A stretch of DNA of 64,000 bases, from NCBI GenBank assembly GCA_963775425.1, contig CAVZJB010000014.1:96001-160000 (forward strand). Reading direction: 5' to 3'. The first letter of the stretch is position 1, and every line of letters begins with the position of its first letter. Made by a program: the position numbers and the translations under genes. This document shows, in pieces, positions 52,110 through 61,236 of the stretch. The notes under the pieces are model-generated. The model was not told the DNA's origin and searched no databases. It saw nothing but the letters and a program-made list of their open reading frames with translations. Origin of the DNA: an uncultured delta proteobacterium (lineage in GTDB: Bacteria; Myxococcota; UBA727; VGSZ01).

Positions 52110-52478
52110 ATGAAGCGACTCGCCATTTGCGCGAGCTTCGCGCTCCTCGCCGCGGCGTGCCCGTCGACGTCCGCGAGCGAGTGCCAGAACAACGAACAGT
52201 GCTTCCCCGCCCGCTGCGTCATCGTCGACCAGATCGGCCACTGCGAAGGCAACGCCGTCCCCGGCGGTGAAGGCGAAGGCGAAGGCGAAGGCGCCGTCGT
52301 CGTCGCCGGCGAAGGCGAGGGCGAAGGCGAGGGCGAAGGCGAGGGCGAAGGCGAGGGCGAGGGCGAGGTCGACACGACCTTGCACTTCTCCCGCGGCGCC
52401 TTCGTCGGCGGCGAGCGCACCCAGCAGAGCCAGAGCTTCACGCTGCGCGGCGCCCTCACGTCGTCGCGCCGTCCATGA
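52110..52478 (+). CDS. Small Cys-rich (GE)n lipoprotein
   Basis: LAAAC lipobox, GE repeats, RBS AGGAGG. Confidence 0.8.
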   Translation: MKRLAICASFALLAAACPSTSASECQNNEQCFPARCVIVDQIGHCEGNAVPGGEGEGEGEGAVVVAGEGEGEGEGEGEGEGEGEGEVDTTLHFSRGAFVGGERTQQSQSFTLRGALTSSRRP

Positions 52479-52509
52479 CCCATCACGAACGATTCACAAG
52501 GAGACCATC

Positions 52510-53589
52510 ATGAAGACCCGCATCCACAACAGCATCCTCATCGCGACCCTTCTCTGCTCCGTGACGCCCGCGCTCGCGGCCGTCCCTGACGTCGTCACCT
52601 ACGCCGGCACGCTGCAACAGGGCAGCTCCCCGGCCAACGGGACGTTCAGCGCCGTGTTCGAGATCTTCGATGCGGAGACCGACGGCGCCCGCGTATTCAC
52701 GCAGGCCGAGCCCACGCTCGCGGTCACCGGCGGCGAGCTCGTCGTCGACCTCGGTGACGACCCGGCGAACCCGCTCAGCGACAATCTGCTCGCGAGCGGC
52801 GACCTGTTCCTCGCCATCACCATCAACGGGGAGGAGCTCTCGCCGCGCGTCCCCTTGTCGAGCGTGCCGTTCTCGCGCCGGGCGCAGGTCGCCGAGCGGG
52901 CCGAGGACGCCGACACCGTCGACGGCCTCAGCGCCGACGAGATCGCCGTGGCCGGCGCCGGGCTCACGAAGGCCGGCAACACCTTCTCGCTCGCTCCCGA
53001 CGGCGTCACCAGCGAGAACATCCTCGACGGCACGATTCAGTCGAACGACTTGTCCACGGGCGCGGTGACCAGCGCGGCCATCGCCGACCTGGCCATCACG
53101 GCGGGCGACATCAAGCCCGGCGCGATCGGGCACGACCAGCTCGGCTCGCAGTCGGTGGCGGCGAACAACCTCCAGAAGGACTCCGTGACGACCGTGCAGA
53201 TCGCGAACGGGCAGGTGCAGGAGGCGGACCTCGGCGTCGGCGCGGTGGGCAACACCAGGCTCGCGCCCAACGCCGTCACCAGCGACAAGATCGCGGACGG
53301 CTCGGTGCACACCGCGGACATCGGCGCCGCGCAGGTGACCGCGGCGAAGGTGTCGGGCCGGCCGGTGCTGCAGGAGCTGAACGTGTGCGGCGGCAACCTC
53401 CGCCCGATGATCTTCACCCTCACGGGCATCGCGCTGCCGCAGTTCTGCAACACCATCTCCTGCGGCACGCGCTCGACGTCGGTGGGCTCCCTCCCGACCT
53501 ACCTCAACTGTGACGGCACCTGCGGCGCCACGGTTCCGGCGACGTGCTCGGTGCCGACCACGTCGGTGGGCGTCCTCGTCACCAACTGA
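52510..53589 (+). CDS. Secreted fibre/adhesin-like protein with 10-aa repeats
   Basis: Signal peptide, TYAG.L, PR.PLSSVPFS, repeats like AVTSDKIADG. Confidence 0.8.
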   Translation: MKTRIHNSILIATLLCSVTPALAAVPDVVTYAGTLQQGSSPANGTFSAVFEIFDAETDGARVFTQAEPTLAVTGGELVVDLGDDPANPLSDNLLASGDLFLAITINGEELSPRVPLSSVPFSRRAQVAERAEDADTVDGLSADEIAVAGAGLTKAGNTFSLAPDGVTSENILDGTIQSNDLSTGAVTSAAIADLAITAGDIKPGAIGHDQLGSQSVAANNLQKDSVTTVQIANGQVQEADLGVGAVGNTRLAPNAVTSDKIADGSVHTADIGAAQVTAAKVSGRPVLQELNVCGGNLRPMIFTLTGIALPQFCNTISCGTRSTSVGSLPTYLNCDGTCGATVPATCSVPTTSVGVLVTN

Positions 53590-53611
53590 GCACGGCGCGC
53601 GTGGCGCGCGG

Positions 53612-53648
53612 GCGCGGGGCCGGGCCTTTTCTGGGTCCGGCCCCGCGC
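53612..53648 (+). terminator. GC stem-loop after the fibre gene
   Basis: GCGCGGGGCCGG/CCGGCCCCGCGC followed by a pyrimidine tract. Confidence 0.6.
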
Positions 53649-53672
53649 TCCTTCTTCGGGTACCATGCGCGC

Positions 53673-54350
53673 GTGCCTGCCCTCATCGCACTCGACATCG
53701 ACGGGACCCTCATCGACACACGGCCGAGCTTCACCCGCATCGTCAAGGAGCTCTCCGGCGCGCTCGACGACGAGATCAAGCGCTTTCGCGACACCGGCGG
53801 CTTCAACGACGACTGGGAGCTGTCGCGCGCCTGCAAGGCCTGGGTGCAAGCGGGCAAGCCCGAAGTCTTCGCCGGTCTCGTCGACGTCCACGACCTGGTG
53901 AAGCGGGTGGGCGCGCGCTTCGATCCCGGCGACCTCGCGCCGCAGGGCATGGGCCTGTACCGCGGCGGCTACTGGAAGGACGAGCGGCCCCTCGTGGAGG
54001 GCGCGGTGCTCGCCGCCATCGAGAAGCGCCACCGGGTGGCGAGCTGCACCGGCCGCGACCGCTGGGAGCTCGAGAAGGCAGAGCTGCTGCTCGGCTATCG
54101 CTTCGCGCACCGGACCACCATGGAAGACGTGCGCAAGCCCCACGCGGAGGCCCTGCTGCGCCTGGCGCGCGACGACGACGACGTCATCGTGCTCTTTGGT
54201 GACACCGCGGCCGATCGCATGTGCGCGGAGAACGCGCGCAAGGAGAGCGGCCGCGAGGTGGTCTTCGTCGAGGTGAGCCACGAGCACCTCGCCCGCCCCT
54301 ACCTCGAGGCCCTCGCCGCCGGCGCCGATCCGCGCGCGCTCGGCCGCTGA
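53673..54350 (+). CDS. HAD-family hydrolase
   Basis: LDIDGTLID, TGR, KP, FGDT..D. Confidence 0.88.
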   Translation: MPALIALDIDGTLIDTRPSFTRIVKELSGALDDEIKRFRDTGGFNDDWELSRACKAWVQAGKPEVFAGLVDVHDLVKRVGARFDPGDLAPQGMGLYRGGYWKDERPLVEGAVLAAIEKRHRVASCTGRDRWELEKAELLLGYRFAHRTTMEDVRKPHAEALLRLARDDDDVIVLFGDTAADRMCAENARKESGREVVFVEVSHEHLARPYLEALAAGADPRALGR

Positions 54351-54367
54351 GCTCGCGCCACGGGCGC

Positions 54368-55336
54368 TCAGCGCATGTGGGCGTTTTGCGGGATCTCGAC
54401 GTCGACGGCGGCGCCGCTCCTGTGGGCGCGCAGGCGGGCGAAGGCGTCGGCGTGGAAGGCGCGGAACTTCTCTTTGGTGTGAAAGCGCTCCGCCACCTCG
54501 GCGTAGACGCGCGCGGCCTCGTCGATGTCCTCGAGCGTGCACGGGGGCTCACCGCGCAGCTCGCGGAAGCACCAGGGATCCTTCACGGCGGCGCGCGCGA
54601 CGAGGAAGGCGTCGCAGCCGGTCTCGGCGTGCATGCGCTCGGCGTCTTTGCGGGTGAAGACGTCGCCGTTCCCGACGATGGGGATGCTGGCGTGCGCCTT
54701 GGCTTCGCCGATGGCGGCCCACGACGGGCGATCGCGCGAGCGCTGCTTGGCGTGGCGAGCGTGCAGCGTGAGGTGGTCGAGCGTGTCGTTGGCCATCTCG
54801 ACGACGGGGAGATAGACCTTGTGCTCGGCCTCGGCGGCGTTGAGCCCGAGGCGGATCTTGGCCGACACGCTCCGCACCGACAACGCACCGCGCGCGCGCA
54901 CGGCGTGGAGCGCCTCGAAGATCGCGCGCAGCTTGGCCCGCCGCTTCAGGAGCGCCGGGCCCGCGCCGATGCGGATGACGTCGGGGGAGGGGCAGCCGAA
55001 GTTGAGATCGATCTGCCGGATGTTCCGGAAGTGCGGGTGCGTGGTGGTTGCCAGCTCCTCGAGCACGGCCACGGCGCGCAGCAGCTCCTCGGCCCCGGTG
55101 ACCATGAGCTGCACGCCCGTGGGCGTGCTCTCGTCGAAGGTGTCGACGAGATCGAGCGTGGATCGATTGCGGCGGGCGAGCGCCTTGGCGCGGATCATCT
55201 CCGTCCACGTGAAGCCGGCGCCGTTTTGAAAGCAGAGCGCGCGGAAGCCAGCGTCGCTCACGCCTTCGAGGGGCGCGAGCAGGAACGCGCTCTGGCACTC
55301 GAGGTCGCCGGAGCGGAACGCGATGGGCAGGCTCAC
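54368..55336 (-). CDS. tRNA-dihydrouridine synthase (Dus family)
   Basis: LAPLEG, DLNFGCP, KIRLG, HAR, GNGD; GTG start overlaps the upstream stop. Confidence 0.9.
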   Translation of the reverse strand: MSLPIAFRSGDLECQSAFLLAPLEGVSDAGFRALCFQNGAGFTWTEMIRAKALARRNRSTLDLVDTFDESTPTGVQLMVTGAEELLRAVAVLEELATTTHPHFRNIRQIDLNFGCPSPDVIRIGAGPALLKRRAKLRAIFEALHAVRARGALSVRSVSAKIRLGLNAAEAEHKVYLPVVEMANDTLDHLTLHARHAKQRSRDRPSWAAIGEAKAHASIPIVGNGDVFTRKDAERMHAETGCDAFLVARAAVKDPWCFRELRGEPPCTLEDIDEAARVYAEVAERFHTKEKFRAFHADAFARLRAHRSGAAVDVEIPQNAHMR

Positions 55337-56193
55337 GTCGGGCGCGTCTCGCCGGGCGGCGGCCGCGACGGCAACAAGCCGGTGTGGTGCTCCACGAGGT
55401 GCAGGCGCGCGAGCACCTCGCCCTGGTTCTTCAAGATCTGCTGGATGCCGAGCTCCGCCTTGAGGTTCACGAGGTAGTCGTTCTGCGCGAGGAGCTTGTC
55501 CTTCGACGCCTGCCGGTTCTGCGACATCATGATGATGGGCGCCTGCAGCGCCGCGGTCGTCGACAGCGCGAGGTTCAACAGGATGAAGGGGAACGGGTCG
55601 AAGGCGCGCTTGTCGCCGAGGCCGATGTTCACGCCCATCCAGAACAACATGGCGACGCCGAAGATGCCGATGAAGCTCCACGACCCGCCGAACGCGGCGA
55701 CGGCGTCAGCGATCCGCTGGCCGAAGGTGAGCCAATCCTCCGCTTCCTCGAGGACGTCGCGGCTCACCTGCTGCGTGAACATCGCGTTGGTCTGGCGGAG
55801 CCGCTCGCCCATCTCCGAGAGGATCTTGGTGGCCGCCTGCGGCTTGGAGGCGATGAAGGAGAGGAAGTCGTCGCGGTCGAGCGCCTGCAGGACGCACGGC
55901 TTGGTCGCCGTGGCGGTGGCGGAGCGCGGCGCTCCGTCGAGGAGCGAGATCTCGCCGAAGAACTGGCCCGGGAACAGCGAGGCCAACACCGTCCTCTGCT
56001 TGCCGTCGCCCGTGGTGATCTCGACCGCGCCCTCCTGGATGAGGAACAGGGTCGCCCCGTCGTCGCCGGCGCGGAACACCTCGGTGCCCTCGTCCAGCTC
56101 CCGCTCCTCGAGCTTTTGCAGGAGCGCCTCGGTCTCGTCGTCGGCGAGGCTCTCGAAGAGCGGCATGTTTCTCAGGAGCGTTTCCTTGTCCAT
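55333..56193 (-). CDS. cNMP-binding + DUF1003 membrane protein
   Basis: FFGEISLL..PRSATA; FGGSW, FDPFPFILLNL, QAPIIMMSQNRQ. Confidence 0.92.
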   Translation of the reverse strand: MDKETLLRNMPLFESLADDETEALLQKLEERELDEGTEVFRAGDDGATLFLIQEGAVEITTGDGKQRTVLASLFPGQFFGEISLLDGAPRSATATATKPCVLQALDRDDFLSFIASKPQAATKILSEMGERLRQTNAMFTQQVSRDVLEEAEDWLTFGQRIADAVAAFGGSWSFIGIFGVAMLFWMGVNIGLGDKRAFDPFPFILLNLALSTTAALQAPIIMMSQNRQASKDKLLAQNDYLVNLKAELGIQQILKNQGEVLARLHLVEHHTGLLPSRPPPGETRPT

Positions 56194-56211
56194 GCGTCCT
56201 CCGGTCCGGGG

Positions 56212-57210
56212 TCATTCACAGGAAGCGTGATCGAGGGGTTGGTGGTCGGGGCCGCCGGCGGTCTCGGAGACGAGGAAGTAGCCGGTGCCGTCCTCGTCGT
56301 AGCCGACGGCCTCGCCCTGCGGCTCGTCGGCGGGGTTTACGGCCACCTCCACGAAGTCGGAGCCGTCGACGGTGTCGGCGGTGAGGCCGTCTTTGAGCTC
56401 GGCCTCGAAGACGCCGCCGTAGGTGCGCAGGAGGAGCCGCGTGCCGGTGGTGTGCACGTCGGCGCCCGTGGGCAGGTTGGCGCCGCCGAACACGCTGCCC
56501 GGCGGGGTGAAGGTGCGCGTGACCTCGAGCGTCTCGAGCGTGTCCGGTGTCCACGGCGCCGCGTATTTGAAGATGCGCGCCAGGGTGTTGGTCTTTTCGT
56601 AGAAGACCATGGCCGAGGCGTCGGGGAGGACCACGAACGCCTCGATGTTCACGGGCCCGTCGGCGTCGTGGAGCGGGAAGGTCCACACCTTGCTCGCCGT
56701 GGCGCCGTCGGGGAGCGGGTGCTCCACGTCGACGTCGGGCTCGGGGAACGCGTACACGACGATGCCGTCGCGGCTGAGGGCGTTGTCGCCGGTGTCGGCG
56801 ACGAAGATGCAGGGCCCGCTGAGGTCGGGGCAGGGCCCGGCGGAGATGTCCTCCCAGTCGACCGCCTCGATGCCCGGGAGCGCGAGCTGCCCCAGGTCGC
56901 CGCCGCTGGTGGAGACGGCGAACACGCGGGCGGTGTCGCCGGAGTCGTTGTGCATCCACAGGACGCCCGGGTGAGACGGCGAGGTGACGACGCCGGAGGC
57001 CTCGTCGAGCTTCCCCGACTCGAGCGCGCCGACCGTCTCGGGCGCGCCGAGCTGTCCCTCGCACAGCGCGCGCTGCGGCATGTTCCAGAAGCGCGAGGGG
57101 GCCACGGGCGACAGCGGGCGGATGCCGCGGCGCGGGCAGGCGGCGCCGCCGGCGACGACGACGAGCGCCATGGCGAAGGCGGCGACGGCCAGGGGCCGCA
57201 CGGCCCTCAC
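56212..57210 (-). CDS. Exported beta-propeller-like lipoprotein
   Basis: EASG, HNDSG, DWEDI, DTGDN, QGEAV. Confidence 0.75.
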   Translation of the reverse strand: MRAVRPLAVAAFAMALVVVAGGAACPRRGIRPLSPVAPSRFWNMPQRALCEGQLGAPETVGALESGKLDEASGVVTSPSHPGVLWMHNDSGDTARVFAVSTSGGDLGQLALPGIEAVDWEDISAGPCPDLSGPCIFVADTGDNALSRDGIVVYAFPEPDVDVEHPLPDGATASKVWTFPLHDADGPVNIEAFVVLPDASAMVFYEKTNTLARIFKYAAPWTPDTLETLEVTRTFTPPGSVFGGANLPTGADVHTTGTRLLLRTYGGVFEAELKDGLTADTVDGSDFVEVAVNPADEPQGEAVGYDEDGTGYFLVSETAGGPDHQPLDHASCE

Positions 57211-57530
57211 CGCCGCGCGCGGCGCAGCGCGCCGGCAAGGAGGGCACGCGCGTCGTCGGCGGAAGCGGCGCCGGCGCGCTCGAGGATGACCCCGCGTTGG
57301 CAGACGAGCACCTCGGGGACGAGCGCGACGCGCAGCTCGTCGAGGACCGCCGCGTTGCCGGGGTCGTCGACGTCGACGGCGATGGCGTCGACGCCCTCGT
57401 CGAGCGAGGCCGCGGTGACGGCGCGGACGGCGTCGTCGGAGGCGGGCACGCGCCGGCGCGTGATGACGACGACGACGGGCTTCTCGGCGCGCATGCGGTT
57501 TTGCGCCTCGAGCGCGCTCACGGTGATCAC
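57207..57530 (-). CDS. Small thioredoxin-fold-like protein lacking CxxC
   Basis: KPVVV...VDVDD...L.V..VP pattern; GTG overlaps the upstream stop. Confidence 0.55.
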   Translation of the reverse strand: MITVSALEAQNRMRAEKPVVVVITRRRVPASDDAVRAVTAASLDEGVDAIAVDVDDPGNAAVLDELRVALVPEVLVCQRGVILERAGAASADDARALLAGALRRARR

Positions 57531-59200
57531 CCGAGGCCCTCGAGGAAGAACGCGAGCCAGGCGGGCATCGCGGAGATGTCGTGCCGCGGCGCGCCCTTGG
57601 GATCCGGCAGCGCGAGGCCGAGGCCGTCCTGCCACGCGTCGTCGAGGGCGCGCAGCTCGCCCCCGGCGGGGAACGCGAGGGAGCGCTCGATGCGGAGCCC
57701 GTCGCCGTCGGGCACGAGGCGTTGCAGCACGACGAAGCCGCTGCCGTCCTTGAGGCCCGACAGGGGCAGCACGCCGAGGGGCGCGAGCATGCTGGTGGCG
57801 AGGCGGGCGAAGGCGCGGCCGGCGGCGACGGCGGAGAGGCGGCCGGCGGCGAAGCCGGGCGGCAGGACGGCGTCGGCCCACACGATGTCTCGCACCGTGC
57901 CGCCGGTGTCCTCGGGGGGCGCGCTGGCGGACACGACCGGCCCGCTCGCGCGCGTGACGACGTCGCGGAACATGTCGGTCTCGTCGAGCGCGGCGGCGGC
58001 GCGTGCCTGCCATGCGCCGTCTCCGTCGTCCGGACGCAGGGTGATGCGGCACGCGACGGGATCGAGCGCGTGGCGGGCGACGGCGTCGACGGCGGCGCGG
58101 ACGGCGGCGCCGACGACGTCGACGCGGACGTCGGGCGGGGTGCCGTTGTCCTCCAGCCACGCGAACGCGGAGCGGCCGCGCACCTCGAGGCTCCTCAACG
58201 CGCGCGCCCAGGTGAGCAGGAGCGCGCGATCGTCCTCGCTGCGCAGGTCGAGGCCGCGCGCGTCGGGGCCGGCGGAGAACAGCCAGCCGGCGAGCGTGTC
58301 GAGCGGGGCGGTGATGGGCTGCGGGGTGCCGTCGACGCCGAGGAGCGGCTTCCCGTCGGGGCCGAGGCGCACGTCGATGCGCCCGCGCGCCGCGTCGTCG
58401 CCGCGCGGGGCGAGCTCGATGTGTCCCCGCACCGTGGCCACGCCGTCGACGTCGAACACGGCCCCGGGCTCGTCGTCGACCGCAAGCTGCGGCGCCGCGG
58501 ACGCGCGCGCGGGCACGCGCGACGGCCGCTTGGGCGGCGCGACGTCGACGACGAGGGTGACGCACGCGCCGCGGGCGGCGCCGGGGCACACGCTGCGCGG
58601 CGCCAGCAGGACGGCGCCGGGGCGAACGATGCGGGAGAGCGCGGCGGGGTCGGCGAGGAACGCGGAGTACGACGGCGCCACCTTGGGCACGTCGCCGCCC
58701 TCGATGGCGAAGGCGGGGCCGCGCGCGGCGACGTCGTCGGGGAGCGGGCCGAACGCGCGGGTGCGCGCGGGCGCGGGCAGCAGCGGGTAGAGCAGGTGCG
58801 CGAGCCGGCGGCGCTGCGCCGGCGCCGGGTACGACGGCACGAGCTCGTTGGCCGCCGCCGCCGCCTGCGCGAACCGCTCGACGTGCGCGAGCTTGTCCCA
58901 CGCGCGCGGCGCGAGGAACGCGCGCGCCTCCTCGGCGAGCGCCACGAGCCTGCGGAAGCGGTCGTCGTCGTCGAGGGCCGCCATCAGCGCGGGCGCGCCC
59001 GGGACGGTGTCGGCGCCGCTGTCGTCGCCGGCGCGCGCTGCGTCGCCTGCGGCCCGGGAGCCCACCAGCGCCGGCGCGCCCGAGGCCGGCGCGCCCGCGG
59101 GCGGCGCCCCCGCCGCCCCCGTACCGTCGACGACGCCCGCGCGTGCGCCCCCCTCGTCCGCCGAGGAGCGGGGAAGGCTCGAGTCGATCTTGGCGTCCAT
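57527..59200 (-). CDS. Hypothetical protein
   Basis: Long frame with coding-like bias (MDAKID...FFLEGLG); start uncertain. Confidence 0.6.
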   Translation of the reverse strand: MDAKIDSSLPRSSADEGGARAGVVDGTGAAGAPPAGAPASGAPALVGSRAAGDAARAGDDSGADTVPGAPALMAALDDDDRFRRLVALAEEARAFLAPRAWDKLAHVERFAQAAAAANELVPSYPAPAQRRRLAHLLYPLLPAPARTRAFGPLPDDVAARGPAFAIEGGDVPKVAPSYSAFLADPAALSRIVRPGAVLLAPRSVCPGAARGACVTLVVDVAPPKRPSRVPARASAAPQLAVDDEPGAVFDVDGVATVRGHIELAPRGDDAARGRIDVRLGPDGKPLLGVDGTPQPITAPLDTLAGWLFSAGPDARGLDLRSEDDRALLLTWARALRSLEVRGRSAFAWLEDNGTPPDVRVDVVGAAVRAAVDAVARHALDPVACRITLRPDDGDGAWQARAAAALDETDMFRDVVTRASGPVVSASAPPEDTGGTVRDIVWADAVLPPGFAAGRLSAVAAGRAFARLATSMLAPLGVLPLSGLKDGSGFVVLQRLVPDGDGLRIERSLAFPAGGELRALDDAWQDGLGLALPDPKGAPRHDISAMPAWLAFFLEGLG

Positions 59201-59326
59201 CCGCACCATCAGCTCCCGGGAATGCGTGCGCGCGGCCGCATCTTCCTGTGATCGCGATCGAGGAGCAAGCGCCCGACGAGCCGGGCGCTCCCACCGGCCG
59301 CGCAGGGAGGACCTATAGTCACCGAC

Positions 59327-60178
59327 GTGCTGTTCACCGCGCTCGCCGACTGCCCCGCCTGCCGTGTGCAAGGCGCCGTCGTCGAGACGTGGGACTCGCA
59401 GACGCCCGGCACCCCCGTGGCCGCGCGCTGTCGCATGTGCACGCGGGAGCTCGAGGGGGGCGTGGAGACCCGGCCGCCCGCGCCGCTCGCCCGCCTCTCC
59501 GACGTCGACGCCGCCCTCGCGCGCTGGGCCCGCGAGGAGGGCTTCGACACGCCCGCGGAGCTCGCGCACAGCGCCTTCGTCTCCGGCACCGTCGCCAGCA
59601 TCCACAGCGCGCTCATCCTCGGTGAGCCGGTGGAGACGTCCTTCGACGTCATGGGCTTCCTCTTTTCGCACATGGGCGGCGCGTCCCCCGGGGTGTCCTC
59701 GTCCCCGAGCGTCGCCGCGCCCCGCTCGTCGTCGCTCGGCGGGCCGGCGCCGTCGCTGGCACCGCTGCAGGAGCGCGGCTTCGATCCGCGCAACGAGCTC
59801 CTCGCGCTCGCCGCCACCGCCGCCGCCGACGGCGCCGTCGCCGAGGTGGAGGTGCGGTTCCTCGAGGCGTACGCGGCCGAGCGCGGCCTGCGCCCGCTCG
59901 TGCCCGGCGAGCTGCGCGTGCACCGCCCCGACGAGGTCGGGCCCGTGGGCGGGCTCCTCGACCGCGAGCGCGTGATCGAGCGCATGGTGCAGGTGGCCTT
60001 CGTCGACGGCGACGTCCTCGACGAGAGCGAGGCGCGCGTGATCCGCGGCTTCGCCCGCGCGTGGGGCGTCGACCCCGCCCGCGTCGACGACCAGGTGCGC
60101 GCCTGGACCGAAGAGGGACGCGGGTTGCTCGCGCGTTTGTTGTCGCGAGCGGCGCGGCACCTGCTTCCCGAAGCTTGA
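59327..60178 (+). CDS. Zinc ribbon + TerB-like protein
   Basis: CPAC..CRMC; AADG.V..VE and FVDGD..DESE..I..FA..WGV. Confidence 0.75.
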   Translation: MLFTALADCPACRVQGAVVETWDSQTPGTPVAARCRMCTRELEGGVETRPPAPLARLSDVDAALARWAREEGFDTPAELAHSAFVSGTVASIHSALILGEPVETSFDVMGFLFSHMGGASPGVSSSPSVAAPRSSSLGGPAPSLAPLQERGFDPRNELLALAATAAADGAVAEVEVRFLEAYAAERGLRPLVPGELRVHRPDEVGPVGGLLDRERVIERMVQVAFVDGDVLDESEARVIRGFARAWGVDPARVDDQVRAWTEEGRGLLARLLSRAARHLLPEA

Positions 60179-60193
60179 GACAAGGAGCGTGCG

Positions 60194-61162
60194 ATGACGA
60201 CGACGGCGATGGAAAAGAGCGGGAGCGTGCACGACCAGATCGGCCGCATCGGCCTTCAGCACGCGGAGGTCGTGAAGAACGTCGAGCGCGTGATCCTCGG
60301 CAAGAAGAAGGTGGTCGAGCGCGTGCTCGCCGCCATGACCGCCGGCGGACACGTGTTGCTCCTCGACGTGCCCGGCGTCGGCAAGACCATGCTCGCGCGC
60401 TCCATCGCCGCCTCCATCCACGGCTCCTTCAAGCGCATCCAGTTCACGCCGGACCTGCTGCCGCTCGACATCACCGGCACCAACATCTTCAACCTCAGGA
60501 GCAAGGCCTTCGAGTTCGTGCCCGGACCCGTGTTCGCCAACCTCCTCCTCGCCGACGAGATCAACCGCGCGACGCCCAAGACGCAGGCGGCGCTCCTCGA
60601 GGTGATGGCGGAGGGCCAGGTCACCGTGGAGGGCACCACCCACCAGCTCCCGCCGCCGTTCCTCGTCATCGCCACCATGAACCCCCTCGACCACGACGGC
60701 ACTTTCCCGCTGCCGGCGGCGCAGCTCGACCGCTTCAGCGTGCGGCTGTCCATGGGCTACCCCGCGCCCGAGGCCGAGATGCGCATGCTCGACGTGCACC
60801 TCGGCAAGGACGTGGCCATCGAGGGCCTGACGCCCATCGTGCCCATCGAGGACTTCCTCGGGTGGCAGCGGCTCGTACCCCACGTTCACGTGGCCGAGAG
60901 CGTCAAGCGCTACGCGGTGAACGTCGTCACGGCGATGCGCGAGGACGCCTCGTGTCTCCAGTCACCATCTCCCCGGGCGACGCTCATGTGGCTGCGGCTG
61001 GCCATGGCGACGGCGATGTTGCAGGGGCGCGACCACGTCGTCCCCGCCGACCTGCAGGACGTCGCCGTCGACGTCATGGCGCACCGCATCGTGATCGCGG
61101 GAAATCGTTCCGCGGCCTCCTTCGTTGAGGAGAGCGTGCGCCGGACCGCCGTCCCGCGGTGA
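60194..61162 (+). CDS. MoxR-family AAA ATPase
   Basis: PGVGKT, RIQFTPDLLP.D, LADEINRA, GTFPLP.AQLDRF. Confidence 0.95.
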   Translation: MTTTAMEKSGSVHDQIGRIGLQHAEVVKNVERVILGKKKVVERVLAAMTAGGHVLLLDVPGVGKTMLARSIAASIHGSFKRIQFTPDLLPLDITGTNIFNLRSKAFEFVPGPVFANLLLADEINRATPKTQAALLEVMAEGQVTVEGTTHQLPPPFLVIATMNPLDHDGTFPLPAAQLDRFSVRLSMGYPAPEAEMRMLDVHLGKDVAIEGLTPIVPIEDFLGWQRLVPHVHVAESVKRYAVNVVTAMREDASCLQSPSPRATLMWLRLAMATAMLQGRDHVVPADLQDVAVDVMAHRIVIAGNRSAASFVEESVRRTAVPR

Positions 61163-61236
61163 GCCGTCGCAGGTGACGTGCATTCCAAAGCGGCGCCGGC
61201 TTTCCCCTGGTCGCCCGCGGTACCCTCGAGGGCAAG

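Noticed and set aside
52510-53589. Prophage tail-fibre gene
   Set aside because: It has a Sec signal peptide and there are no phage structural or integrase genes nearby.
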